Source of the DNA: Lachnospiraceae bacterium
GTDB taxonomy: Bacteria > Bacillota > Clostridia > Lachnospirales > Lachnospiraceae
Length of the DNA stretch: 64,000 nucleotides
Direction: 5' to 3'
Assembly: GCA_036652735.1 (NCBI GenBank)
Contig: JAVVVI010000003.1
Coordinates: forward strand, 42,095 to 106,094
The stretch's first letter is position 1, and each line of letters begins with the position of its first letter. The notes below the pieces were generated by a model that was not told where the DNA came from, made no database searches, and saw only the letters and a list, made by a program, of their open reading frames with translations. The position numbers were made by a program, and so were the translations under genes. Shown here in pieces: positions 56,663-64,000 of this stretch.

Positions 56663-57871
56663 ATGGCAAATAAAAATATGGATTATATTTCCGCAAAGGA
56701 ATCAAGAGCAATTACAAAAGAGAACCGTCGTGTTACAGATGTAATTGAAAAGAAAAGAAAACGTAAAAATATTGCAGAATCAGAATACATTACCAAAATG
56801 AAAAATCCTGATAATGTTGTTGAGTTTGATGATGTACACACATATTTCTTTACTGATATAGGAACTTCCCGTGCAGTAGATGGTGTAACTTTTGAAGTAC
56901 CAAAGGGAAAGACCGTAGGTGTTGTAGGAGAATCCGGTTGTGGAAAGTCAGTAACCAGCCTTTCTCTTATGCAATTGGTACAAAGACCTCAGGGACAGAC
57001 CGTTCAGGGAGAGATTCGTTTTAATAACGAGGGAACTGTATATAATGTAGTAAATGCACCGGACAACATTATGCAGAAGCTTCGTGGAAACGAAATGGCT
57101 ATGATTTTCCAGGAGCCAATGACAAGTATGAATCCGGTATTTCGTATTGGTGCCCAGATTGAAGAAGTATTGCAACTTCATAACCCGGATATGACAAAAG
57201 AAGCAATGAAAACAAGGGCAATTGAGATGTTAGAGATGGTAGGAATTGCAAATAGTGAAGGTGTATACAAGATGTACCCTCATGAATTATCCGGTGGTAT
57301 GCGTCAGCGTGCCATGATAGCAATGTCCTTATCCTGCGATCCTAAGCTGATCATTGCAGATGAACCAACGACTGCCTTGGATGTAACCATTCAGGCACAG
57401 ATTTTAGATTTACTGCGTAACTTAAAAGATAAGATTAACAGTTCAATTATGCTGATTACTCATGACTTGGGTGTTATTGCTGAGATGGCGGACTTTGTTG
57501 TGGTAATGTATGCAGGACGTGTTGTGGAAAAAGGAACGGCTAGAGATATTTTCAAGAATCCAAGTCATCCATATACCATTGGATTGATGAATTCCAAGCC
57601 GGTTGTAGGAAAAAGAACAGATCGACTTTACAGTATTCCGGGCCAGGTTCCAAACCCAATTAATATGCCGGATTATTGTTTCTTTAAAGACAGATGTGAG
57701 ATGTGTGTAAATGGGTGTGAAGGAAAATATCCACCTCTTTATCAGATCAGTGATACACATTTTGCCAGCTGCTATCGTTGTAAAGAAAATGCAAAAGGCG
57801 AGGTTGCAGTTCAGGAATCCATAACGAATGACCAGATTATTGAAAATGCTGAAGCAGTAATGAAAAAATAA
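56663..57871 (+). CDS. ABC transporter ATP-binding protein (OppD-type)
   Basis: GESGCGKS, LSGGMRQRAMIAMS, IIADEPTTALD. C-terminal oligopeptide-type HPYT element and Cys-rich tail. Confidence 0.9.
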   Translation: MANKNMDYISAKESRAITKENRRVTDVIEKKRKRKNIAESEYITKMKNPDNVVEFDDVHTYFFTDIGTSRAVDGVTFEVPKGKTVGVVGESGCGKSVTSLSLMQLVQRPQGQTVQGEIRFNNEGTVYNVVNAPDNIMQKLRGNEMAMIFQEPMTSMNPVFRIGAQIEEVLQLHNPDMTKEAMKTRAIEMLEMVGIANSEGVYKMYPHELSGGMRQRAMIAMSLSCDPKLIIADEPTTALDVTIQAQILDLLRNLKDKINSSIMLITHDLGVIAEMADFVVVMYAGRVVEKGTARDIFKNPSHPYTIGLMNSKPVVGKRTDRLYSIPGQVPNPINMPDYCFFKDRCEMCVNGCEGKYPPLYQISDTHFASCYRCKENAKGEVAVQESITNDQIIENAEAVMKK

Positions 57872-57886
57872 GGGAGGGACATCAAA

Positions 57887-58897
57887 ATGACAGATATTAA
57901 GAAAGAAGTAAAGGATGCCCCAACAAATACTGATGATATAATTTTAGAGGTATCCCACTTAAAAAAATATTTCCCAATTAAGGGAGGATTCTTCGGCCGA
58001 GTAGTTGGAAATGTAAAAGCCGTAGATGATGTAAGTTTTACAATTAAAAGAGGAACGACTATGGGTCTCGTAGGAGAATCCGGATGTGGTAAATCAACAA
58101 CAGGACGTGCAATATTACGTCTTTTTGATAAGACCGATGGAACGGTAATGTTCGAAGGACAGGATGTCCACAAATTAAACCGAGAAGAACTTAGAAAAAT
58201 GAGAACCAATATGCAGATTATCTTCCAGGATCCATACTCCAGCTTGTCACCAAGACTTCCGGTAGGTGAGATTGTGGGAGAAGCAGTAAGGGAACATGGT
58301 TTAGTTGAGAAAAAAGATTTTGATGCTTATGTAACAAAAGTAATGCTTTCCTGCGGTTTGCAAGAATTTCACAAAGACCGTTACCCTCATGAATTCTCCG
58401 GTGGACAGAGACAGAGAATTTGTATTGCGAGAGCATTGGCTATGAATCCTGACTTTATTGTTTGTGATGAGCCGGTATCAGCTTTAGATGTATCCATTCA
58501 GGCACAGATCATTAACTTATTAAATGATTTGCAGGAAGAATTTGGATTAACTTATTTATTTATTTCTCATGATTTGTCAGTTGTTGAGCATATATCAGAT
58601 AGTGTTGGAGTTATGTACCTGGGGAGCATGGTTGAAACCGGTGATACAAAGGATATTTTTGAGAATCCATTGCATCCTTATACAAAAGCATTGTTTAGTG
58701 CAATTCCGATTCCAGACCCGGATGTAAAGGCAAATCGTGTAATTTTGCAAGGAAGTATACCATCTCCTGCAAATCCACCATCAGGCTGTAAGTTCCATAC
58801 CAGATGTAAAGATTGTATGGAGATTTGTACGGAAGTTCCACCAGAGACAAAAGATATGGGCAATGGACATAATGTATGTTGTCATTTGTACGACTAG
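57887..58897 (+). CDS. ABC transporter ATP-binding protein (OppF-type)
   Basis: GESGCGKST, FSGGQRQRICIARA, IVCDEPVSALD, HPYT. Cys-rich tail. Confidence 0.9.
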   Translation: MTDIKKEVKDAPTNTDDIILEVSHLKKYFPIKGGFFGRVVGNVKAVDDVSFTIKRGTTMGLVGESGCGKSTTGRAILRLFDKTDGTVMFEGQDVHKLNREELRKMRTNMQIIFQDPYSSLSPRLPVGEIVGEAVREHGLVEKKDFDAYVTKVMLSCGLQEFHKDRYPHEFSGGQRQRICIARALAMNPDFIVCDEPVSALDVSIQAQIINLLNDLQEEFGLTYLFISHDLSVVEHISDSVGVMYLGSMVETGDTKDIFENPLHPYTKALFSAIPIPDPDVKANRVILQGSIPSPANPPSGCKFHTRCKDCMEICTEVPPETKDMGNGHNVCCHLYD

Positions 58898-58972
58898 AAA
58901 AAAAGAAAGTTTAAGTGGCAGAAGGGTGAGAACTCTTCTGTTACTTGCCACAGTAGGGAAGGGGGCTGAAGC

Positions 58973-59245
58973 ATGAGCATAGAAGTAAATGGGCAGGTAT
59001 TTGATTCCGTAGAAGATTACGAAGAAAATTATGTTGTAACGGAGATGAGCGTTGAGGGAATGCGTTGGTATGAGAAAAACCAAAGGCGCAGACAAGCAAA
59101 AAAGCAAGAGATGTCTACTCAATTTACAGATGAAGAAACCCGTTATTATATGGGTGCTGCCATGAAGAGTATGTTTCTGGTACTGGGGATCTTTGGAGCC
59201 GGCTTACTGGGGTTTATTGCGTTTTGTGTTTTTATATGGTTGTAG
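58973..59245 (+). CDS. hypothetical small tail-anchored membrane protein (90 aa)
   Basis: G-rich SD-like GGGGG before the ATG. Charged N-terminal 60 aa and a single C-terminal TM (FLVLGIFGAGLLGFIAFCVFIWL). Confidence 0.45.
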   Translation: MSIEVNGQVFDSVEDYEENYVVTEMSVEGMRWYEKNQRRRQAKKQEMSTQFTDEETRYYMGAAMKSMFLVLGIFGAGLLGFIAFCVFIWL

Positions 59246-59308
59246 AAGTCTGTCCCAAGCCATTCGGGTTTGGGACATTTCTTTACAAAATACTGGGAGG
59301 TACACATA

Positions 59309-59791
59309 ATGAAGGGATATAGAATTTTTATTGGATTATTTATTTTGATTTTTGTAGGAGGAGGAACATTTCTCATCTATATTTTAAATTATAAAATGGA
59401 TAATAATAGCTTTGGTGATGAATTGATACCATATACAGATGAAGCAAATGAGTATAGTCACAATGTAACAGTTGACTTTAATGGAAAAAACTATAAAATT
59501 CATCCAAGTAAAGTGTCAGATATATATATCGTAATAACCAGGGGTTCTTTTGATCGAAAAAAATTAATTTTTAAGAAAGAATTTAATATAGAGAATCTTG
59601 TGATACATTTTGGCGATGATTATGAAATTACAGTTATGCGCACGATGAAAGCCGAAAAAGGGGATGGTGTAATTATAAAATTTAAAAATTTAGTAAAGAA
59701 TAGAACAAAGTATTATTCATTAGAAGGTTATAAAACTTTTGAACATATCATAGAAATATTCCATGCAGATGGAAATGATGTACACAATTAA
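59309..59791 (+). CDS. hypothetical N-terminally anchored protein (160 aa)
   Basis: GGGAGG before the ATG at 59309. Signal-anchor IFIGLFILIFVGGGTFLIYIL. Very AT-rich coding sequence. Confidence 0.5.
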   Translation: MKGYRIFIGLFILIFVGGGTFLIYILNYKMDNNSFGDELIPYTDEANEYSHNVTVDFNGKNYKIHPSKVSDIYIVITRGSFDRKKLIFKKEFNIENLVIHFGDDYEITVMRTMKAEKGDGVIIKFKNLVKNRTKYYSLEGYKTFEHIIEIFHADGNDVHN

Positions 59792-59809
59792 ATTGGGAGG
59801 ATAGAATTT

Positions 59810-60976
59810 ATGAAAGCAGTGAAAAGAGGAATACTGGCAGCAATCACGATTCTTGTATTCGTAATGGGTATTTCCTTTCCAAGTGCAGCATCTGGTGGAC
59901 GGGTGATTCTTGAAGTAAGCAGCACCAATGTAGGAATTGATGATACCATAACCGTTACGGCTACAGCATATGATAGTAATAGACAGAAAGTAACAGCAAA
60001 TCTTGCTTTTTCTTTTAATACCAGTAAGTTTTCCTTTGTAAGCTGTAATGTCTCAGGAGCAAATGCAGCGGGCGGAACTGTGACGGTTACAGCCGGAAGG
60101 GCATCCATAACTTTAAAGGCAATTGATTCGGGAAGCTCGGCAGTATCTGCAAGTGCTTCCGTTTCAGGTAATTCACTTACAGCAGCAGGTGTTAATATCG
60201 GAATATCAGAAGAAAAAAAGATAGACGAAACAAAATCAGCTGACAACAGTTTGAAATCACTAAAATTAACAAAGGGAAGCATATCTCCGGAATTTCAATA
60301 TTCAGTTACCAAGTATACAGCGGAGGTTGGAGCGGATGTGGATCGAGTGGACGTTATTGCAGAGACTTCACATAAAAAGGCAAAGGTCACATCTGTTATA
60401 GGCAATGAAAATCTTCAACTTGGAGAAAATACTGTTACGGTTACAATTACAGCGGAAAATGGATCGGAAGCAGTGTACAAGATTATTGTAACGAAAAATG
60501 AAACAACAGAAACAAATAATGAGGATACAGATTCCACAGAGAATGTAGAAGAAAAAAAAGATAATGTTTCAGATGATGTTGAGGAAGAGGTGGATGAAAA
60601 GGATTCCCAGTTGTCACAAAAAGAACAGATGACCTATTTGCAAAAAAATTATGATAAATTATACGAAAAATATCAAAATCTTTTGAAAAAGAATCGGATT
60701 ACCTTTTTTTCAGCAATTATCATTATTGTTATTTTACTAATTGTAATTATTAATCTAATTATTTTTGGAAGAATGAAAAAAGACCGTGATCTAAATGAGG
60801 AAGACGAAGAGTTTGATGGTGATATCTTCAAGGAGGATGTTCATAGGATAATTAGAGAAGAAAAAACAAAAAAATCAGATGAATATTTGACTGCATTTGC
60901 AAAAAATAGTGAGGAACTGGAAAAACGAGAAAATCAGGATGAAGAACTGGAAATATTAGATTTAGATGATTTATAA
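59810..60976 (+). CDS. surface protein: signal peptide, Ig/cohesin-like domain, cadherin-like beta-sandwich domain, acidic linker, TM anchor, acidic cytoplasmic tail
   Basis: GGGAGG SD. Signal peptide ending SAAS-GG. Cadherin-like pattern NSLKSLKLTKGSISPEFQYSVTKYTAEV ... GENTVTVTITAENGSEAVYKIIVTK. TM helix ITFFSAIIIIVILLIVIINLIIFG. Confidence 0.65.
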   Translation: MKAVKRGILAAITILVFVMGISFPSAASGGRVILEVSSTNVGIDDTITVTATAYDSNRQKVTANLAFSFNTSKFSFVSCNVSGANAAGGTVTVTAGRASITLKAIDSGSSAVSASASVSGNSLTAAGVNIGISEEKKIDETKSADNSLKSLKLTKGSISPEFQYSVTKYTAEVGADVDRVDVIAETSHKKAKVTSVIGNENLQLGENTVTVTITAENGSEAVYKIIVTKNETTETNNEDTDSTENVEEKKDNVSDDVEEEVDEKDSQLSQKEQMTYLQKNYDKLYEKYQNLLKKNRITFFSAIIIIVILLIVIINLIIFGRMKKDRDLNEEDEEFDGDIFKEDVHRIIREEKTKKSDEYLTAFAKNSEELEKRENQDEELEILDLDDL

Positions 60977-61000
60977 GTTTTAAGGACTGATTCAAAAAGG

Positions 61001-61029
61001 ACTGCCCCCGGAATTTTTTCGGGGGCAGT
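61001..61029. other. perfect 10-bp GC-rich hairpin overlapping the next -35 box
   Basis: ACTGCCCCCG (61001-61010) / CGGGGGCAGT (61020-61029). There is no U-tail on the + strand. A U-tail (CCUUUUUG) would exist only for minus-strand transcripts. Confidence 0.6.
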
Positions 61030-61057
61030 TGACAATCTATGACTACTGTTATACAAT
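61029..61057 (+). promoter_or_regulatory. promoter (TTGACA-17 nt-TACAAT) of the gntR-clpC unit
   Basis: TTGACA 61029-61034. TACAAT 61052-61057. Confidence 0.55.
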
Positions 61058-61067
61058 TTATATAACA
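61047..61067 (+). promoter_or_regulatory. inverted repeat overlapping the -10 box, candidate GntR operator
   Basis: TGTTATA (61047-61053) - 7 nt - TATAACA (61061-61067). Confidence 0.4.
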
Positions 61068-61088
61068 TACAATAAAGTAGGTGATAAA

Positions 61089-61457
61089 ATGTTGCTTGAG
61101 ATTGATTTTGAAAGTGAAGAAGCACTTTATGTTCAATTGCAAAACCAGATTATTATTGGGATAGCTACAAGCCAGTATAAACAGGGTGACTCCCTGCCTT
61201 CGGTAAGACAGTTAGCAGATACTATTGGAATTAATATGCATACGGTAAATAAGGCATATACAATTTTAAAGAGTGAGGGCTACATCAAGCTGGACAGAAG
61301 AAAAGGAGCGGTGATTGCGGTGGACATAGATAAGTTGCAGGCAATGTCAGAGATGAAGGATATTCTCAAAATAGTTTTAGCAAAAGGAAGCTGTAAAATG
61401 ATAACCAAGGAAGAAGTTCACCAACTGGTAGAAGAAATTTATAATGAGTATAGATAG
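61089..61457 (+). CDS. short GntR-family (YhcF-like) transcriptional regulator
   Basis: wHTH SLPSVRQLADTIGINMHTVNKAYTILKSEGYI. About 122 aa from the ATG at 61089. The ORF-track start at 61029 lies inside the promoter. Confidence 0.8.
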   Translation: MLLEIDFESEEALYVQLQNQIIIGIATSQYKQGDSLPSVRQLADTIGINMHTVNKAYTILKSEGYIKLDRRKGAVIAVDIDKLQAMSEMKDILKIVLAKGSCKMITKEEVHQLVEEIYNEYR

Positions 61458-61474
61458 GGTAGTAGGAGGTAGAA

Positions 61475-63964
61475 ATGCAAAAAGAATATACGCAGAAAGC
61501 ATATAAAGCATTGGAATTAGCCAATAAAGCATCCAAAAAACTGCATCATAATTATATTGGTACAGAGCATGTTTTGCTTGGCTTATTAAAGGAGGGAACC
61601 GGGGTTGCTGCAAGGGTATTGGGTGATTTAGATGTAAATAAAGATATGCTTGCCAAGCTAATTGAAGAACTAATTGCACCGGGTAATCGAATTGCAATCC
61701 TTGACAGGGAGGGATATTCTCCAAGTTGTATGAAGGTGTTAGAGGGTGCATCTGAGGAAGCAGAGAGATATAGAAGTGAGAGAATAGGAACAGAGCATTT
61801 GTTAATTGCGATTATAAAAGAGACGGAATGCGCGGCAGCACGTCTTTTAAATACAATGGGTATTAATATACAGAAATTGTATATTGAGATTTTAGTTGCA
61901 ATTGGAGAAGACAGCGCCCAGTATAAAGACGAATTTCAGAATGGAAAACCGATAAGGAAAAATGGTCCGGAAGCGACTGCAATTTTAAATCAATATGCCA
62001 GAGATTTAACGGAATTGGCAAGAGCAGGAAAGCTGGATCCGGTAATTGGCAGAGAAGGAGAGATTGCCCGTACAATACAGATTTTGAGTAGAAGAGGAAA
62101 AAATAATCCTTGTTTAATTGGAGAACCGGGAGTTGGTAAAACCGCAATAGTGGAAGGACTTGCCCAGCGAATTGTTGATGGAACCGTACCGGGATCCATG
62201 CAGGACAAAAGACTTGTAACCCTTGATTTATCAGGAGTAGTTGCCGGAACAAAATATCGGGGTGAATTTGAGGAGCGAATAAAACGAATTATAAAGGAAG
62301 TTATAAAAGCGGGAAATATAATTTTATTTTTAGATGAAATTCACACGATTATAGGAGCGGGAAGTGCAGAAGGAGCCTTGGATGCTTCAAATATTTTAAA
62401 ACCTTCACTAGCAAGGGGGGAGATTCAGCTTATTGGTGCAACTACTTTGGAAGAATACAGAAAACATATAGAGAAAGATGCAGCACTGGAACGAAGATTT
62501 CAGCCAATTGTGGTGGAAGAGCCTACTGTTGAGCAGACCATTCAGATTCTATATGGAATTAAGAGCAAGTATGAAGAGCATCACAATGTAGAAATTACAA
62601 AAGATGGCATTCTTGCAGCGGCAACACTGTCTAACCGTTATATTAATGATCGGAATCTTCCGGATAAAGCCATTGATTTAATTGATGAAGCATCTGCTAA
62701 AATTCGTTTGGGAGGAATTCGATTGCCCATAGGAATTAAGAAAACAGAAGAAGAGATTCGACAGCTAGAGACCGCCCTTGAAAATGCTTTAATTGAGAAT
62801 GATTTTTTGAAAGCATCTGAAATCAAGGAAGAACGGGAAAAATTAATTGAAAAATCAAGCAAAGGAAAGAAAAAATTCCAGCATTCTCTTGACAATACTC
62901 GATTACAGGTAGGTGAGCCTGAGATTGCAGCCATTGTTTCAGATTGGACGAAAATTCCTGTCAATAAATTAGAGGAGAAAGAAAGCGCTCGATTGGAAAA
63001 AATGGAAACGCATCTTCATCAGAGAGTGGTAGGTCAAAATGAAGCAGTGAACGCTGTGACCAGGGCAGTAAAAAGAGGAAGAGTAGGATTAAAAGATCCA
63101 AATCGTCCAATCGGATCCTTTTTATTCTTAGGACCAACGGGAGTTGGAAAAACGGAATTGACCAAAGCACTTGCGGAGGCTATTTTTGGCGATGAAAAGG
63201 CATTGATTCGGATTGATATGTCAGAATATATGGAGAAACACAGTGTATCTAAGATGATTGGATCCCCTCCGGGATATATTGGATATGATGAAGGAGGACA
63301 ATTAAGTGAAAAAGTCAGAAGAAACCCGTATTCAGTTATTTTATTCGATGAAATAGAAAAGGCTCATCCGGATGTATTCAACATTTTGCTGCAGGTATTG
63401 GATGATGGACATATTACAGATGCCCAGGGACGAAAAATTGATTTTAAAAATACAATTATTATTATGACCTCAAATGCAGGAGCGCAGGCGATTATTTCTC
63501 CAAAAAACCTGGGATTTGCATCAAGCGGAACAGACGCACAAGCTTATGACAACATGAAGTCAGGTGTAATGGAAGAGGTGAAGAGAATCTTTAAGCCTGA
63601 GTTCTTAAATAGAATTGATGAATCTATAGTCTTTCATATATTGAATCTGGAACAAATGAAGGAAATTGTAACCCTATTGTCTAGAACCTTAGTGGAACGT
63701 TGTAAACAGGAGTTGAATATTGAACTTACCATAAGAAGCAGTGTGAAATTATATATTGTGGAAAAAGCGTATGACCCCAAATATGGTGCAAGACCTTTAA
63801 AAAGAATGATACAGGCAAAGTTAGAAGATCCCTTAGCAGAAAAGGTTCTGAATGGGGAGATTAAACCCGGAGATACGGTAATTGTAACCATGCAAAAAAA
63901 GGAGATTACTTTTTTATCCGATAAAAAAATGGCAAAAGATACAAAAAATCTTAAAAATTCTTAA
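61475..63964 (+). CDS. clpC: ATP-dependent Clp protease ATP-binding subunit ClpC
   Basis: Two Clp_N repeats. Walker A GEPGVGKT (AAA-1) and GPTGVGKT (AAA-2). UVR-like linker NDFLKASEIKEEREKL. AGGAGG SD 17 nt after the GntR stop. Confidence 0.9.
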   Translation: MQKEYTQKAYKALELANKASKKLHHNYIGTEHVLLGLLKEGTGVAARVLGDLDVNKDMLAKLIEELIAPGNRIAILDREGYSPSCMKVLEGASEEAERYRSERIGTEHLLIAIIKETECAAARLLNTMGINIQKLYIEILVAIGEDSAQYKDEFQNGKPIRKNGPEATAILNQYARDLTELARAGKLDPVIGREGEIARTIQILSRRGKNNPCLIGEPGVGKTAIVEGLAQRIVDGTVPGSMQDKRLVTLDLSGVVAGTKYRGEFEERIKRIIKEVIKAGNIILFLDEIHTIIGAGSAEGALDASNILKPSLARGEIQLIGATTLEEYRKHIEKDAALERRFQPIVVEEPTVEQTIQILYGIKSKYEEHHNVEITKDGILAAATLSNRYINDRNLPDKAIDLIDEASAKIRLGGIRLPIGIKKTEEEIRQLETALENALIENDFLKASEIKEEREKLIEKSSKGKKKFQHSLDNTRLQVGEPEIAAIVSDWTKIPVNKLEEKESARLEKMETHLHQRVVGQNEAVNAVTRAVKRGRVGLKDPNRPIGSFLFLGPTGVGKTELTKALAEAIFGDEKALIRIDMSEYMEKHSVSKMIGSPPGYIGYDEGGQLSEKVRRNPYSVILFDEIEKAHPDVFNILLQVLDDGHITDAQGRKIDFKNTIIIMTSNAGAQAIISPKNLGFASSGTDAQAYDNMKSGVMEEVKRIFKPEFLNRIDESIVFHILNLEQMKEIVTLLSRTLVERCKQELNIELTIRSSVKLYIVEKAYDPKYGARPLKRMIQAKLEDPLAEKVLNGEIKPGDTVIVTMQKKEITFLSDKKMAKDTKNLKNS

Positions 63965-64000
63965 ACTACTGGCAAAATATCGCATTATAGTTTATAATAG

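Noticed and set aside
59788-60282. 164-aa minus-strand ORF opposite the cadherin-like gene
   Set aside because: It is antisense to the Ala/Ser/Thr/Val-rich N-terminal domain of a gene that has a signal peptide, SD and domain pattern. The open antisense frame is explained by codon composition.
60977-61090. CtsR operator upstream of the gntR-clpC unit
   Set aside because: No tandem GGTCAAA-type heptads are present on either strand. The direct repeat present (AAGGACTG x2) has a different sequence and spacing.
1-64000. CRISPR arrays, tRNA/rRNA genes, insertion sequences, integrases, prophage or conjugation genes
   Set aside because: Reading all intergenic regions and the ORF translations, I found no regularly spaced repeats, no cloverleaf-like GC-rich RNA genes, and no transposase, integrase or recombinase motifs. 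A covariance-model or repeat-finder scan would be needed to exclude small ncRNAs rigorously.

Overview
Low-GC Firmicutes chromosomal segment. It looks Clostridia/Lachnospiraceae-like from its protein families, but the taxon is inference. I call about 48 protein-coding genes. All except pyrB-pyrI are on the + strand, and they are tightly packed with many overlapping stop/start junctions (TAATG, ATGA, GTGA).

Gene content, left to right:
- A soluble hybrid histidine kinase (open at the left window edge) overlapping an MtnA/eIF-2B-family isomerase, then ackA.
- A flavodoxin-ferredoxin fusion, a small ArAE/FUSC-like membrane protein and a MATE pump.
- HelD, a lambda-type phosphatase and MgtC.
- An XRE regulator plus a 394-aa unknown protein.
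- A DUF4358 lipoprotein / ECF sigma / anti-sigma / MBOAT / DHHW cluster.
- A decayed gene fragment, then a DEAD-box helicase, a CBS-type family II pyrophosphatase and a second MATE pump.
- A chemoreceptor, then a YhaO/YhaN (SbcF/SbcE)-like nuclease-ATPase pair.
- MarR plus a heterodimeric ABC exporter.
- An orphan SagB-type dehydrogenase coupled to a second heterodimeric ABC exporter.
- pepF, then a 1059-aa double-FtsX permease with its ATPase.
- serC-serA-DUF1015, and split FtcD (formimidoyltransferase + cyclodeaminase).
- pyrBI (minus strand) and an APC permease.
- A 4-TM unknown protein followed by an oversized Opp/Dpp-type ABC importer.
- Three membrane-anchored unknowns, including a cadherin-like surface protein.
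- A short GntR regulator directly upstream of clpC.

I recognised no rRNA, tRNA, CRISPR array, transposase, integrase or phage gene by eye.

No single locus is an unambiguous new system. The best candidates for under-described biology are:
1. The ECF-controlled MBOAT/DHHW/DUF4358 envelope-acylation module.
2. The orphan SagB dehydrogenase translationally fused to a BmrCD-like exporter, followed by the pepF / double-FtsX block.
3. The serC-serA-DUF1015 operon.
4. GntR-clpC, which replaces the ctsR-mcsAB context.
5. The membrane-inserted short SbcE-like ATPase.
6. The XRE + unknown wHTH protein pair.

All functional calls rest on motif recognition by eye. No database search was run.
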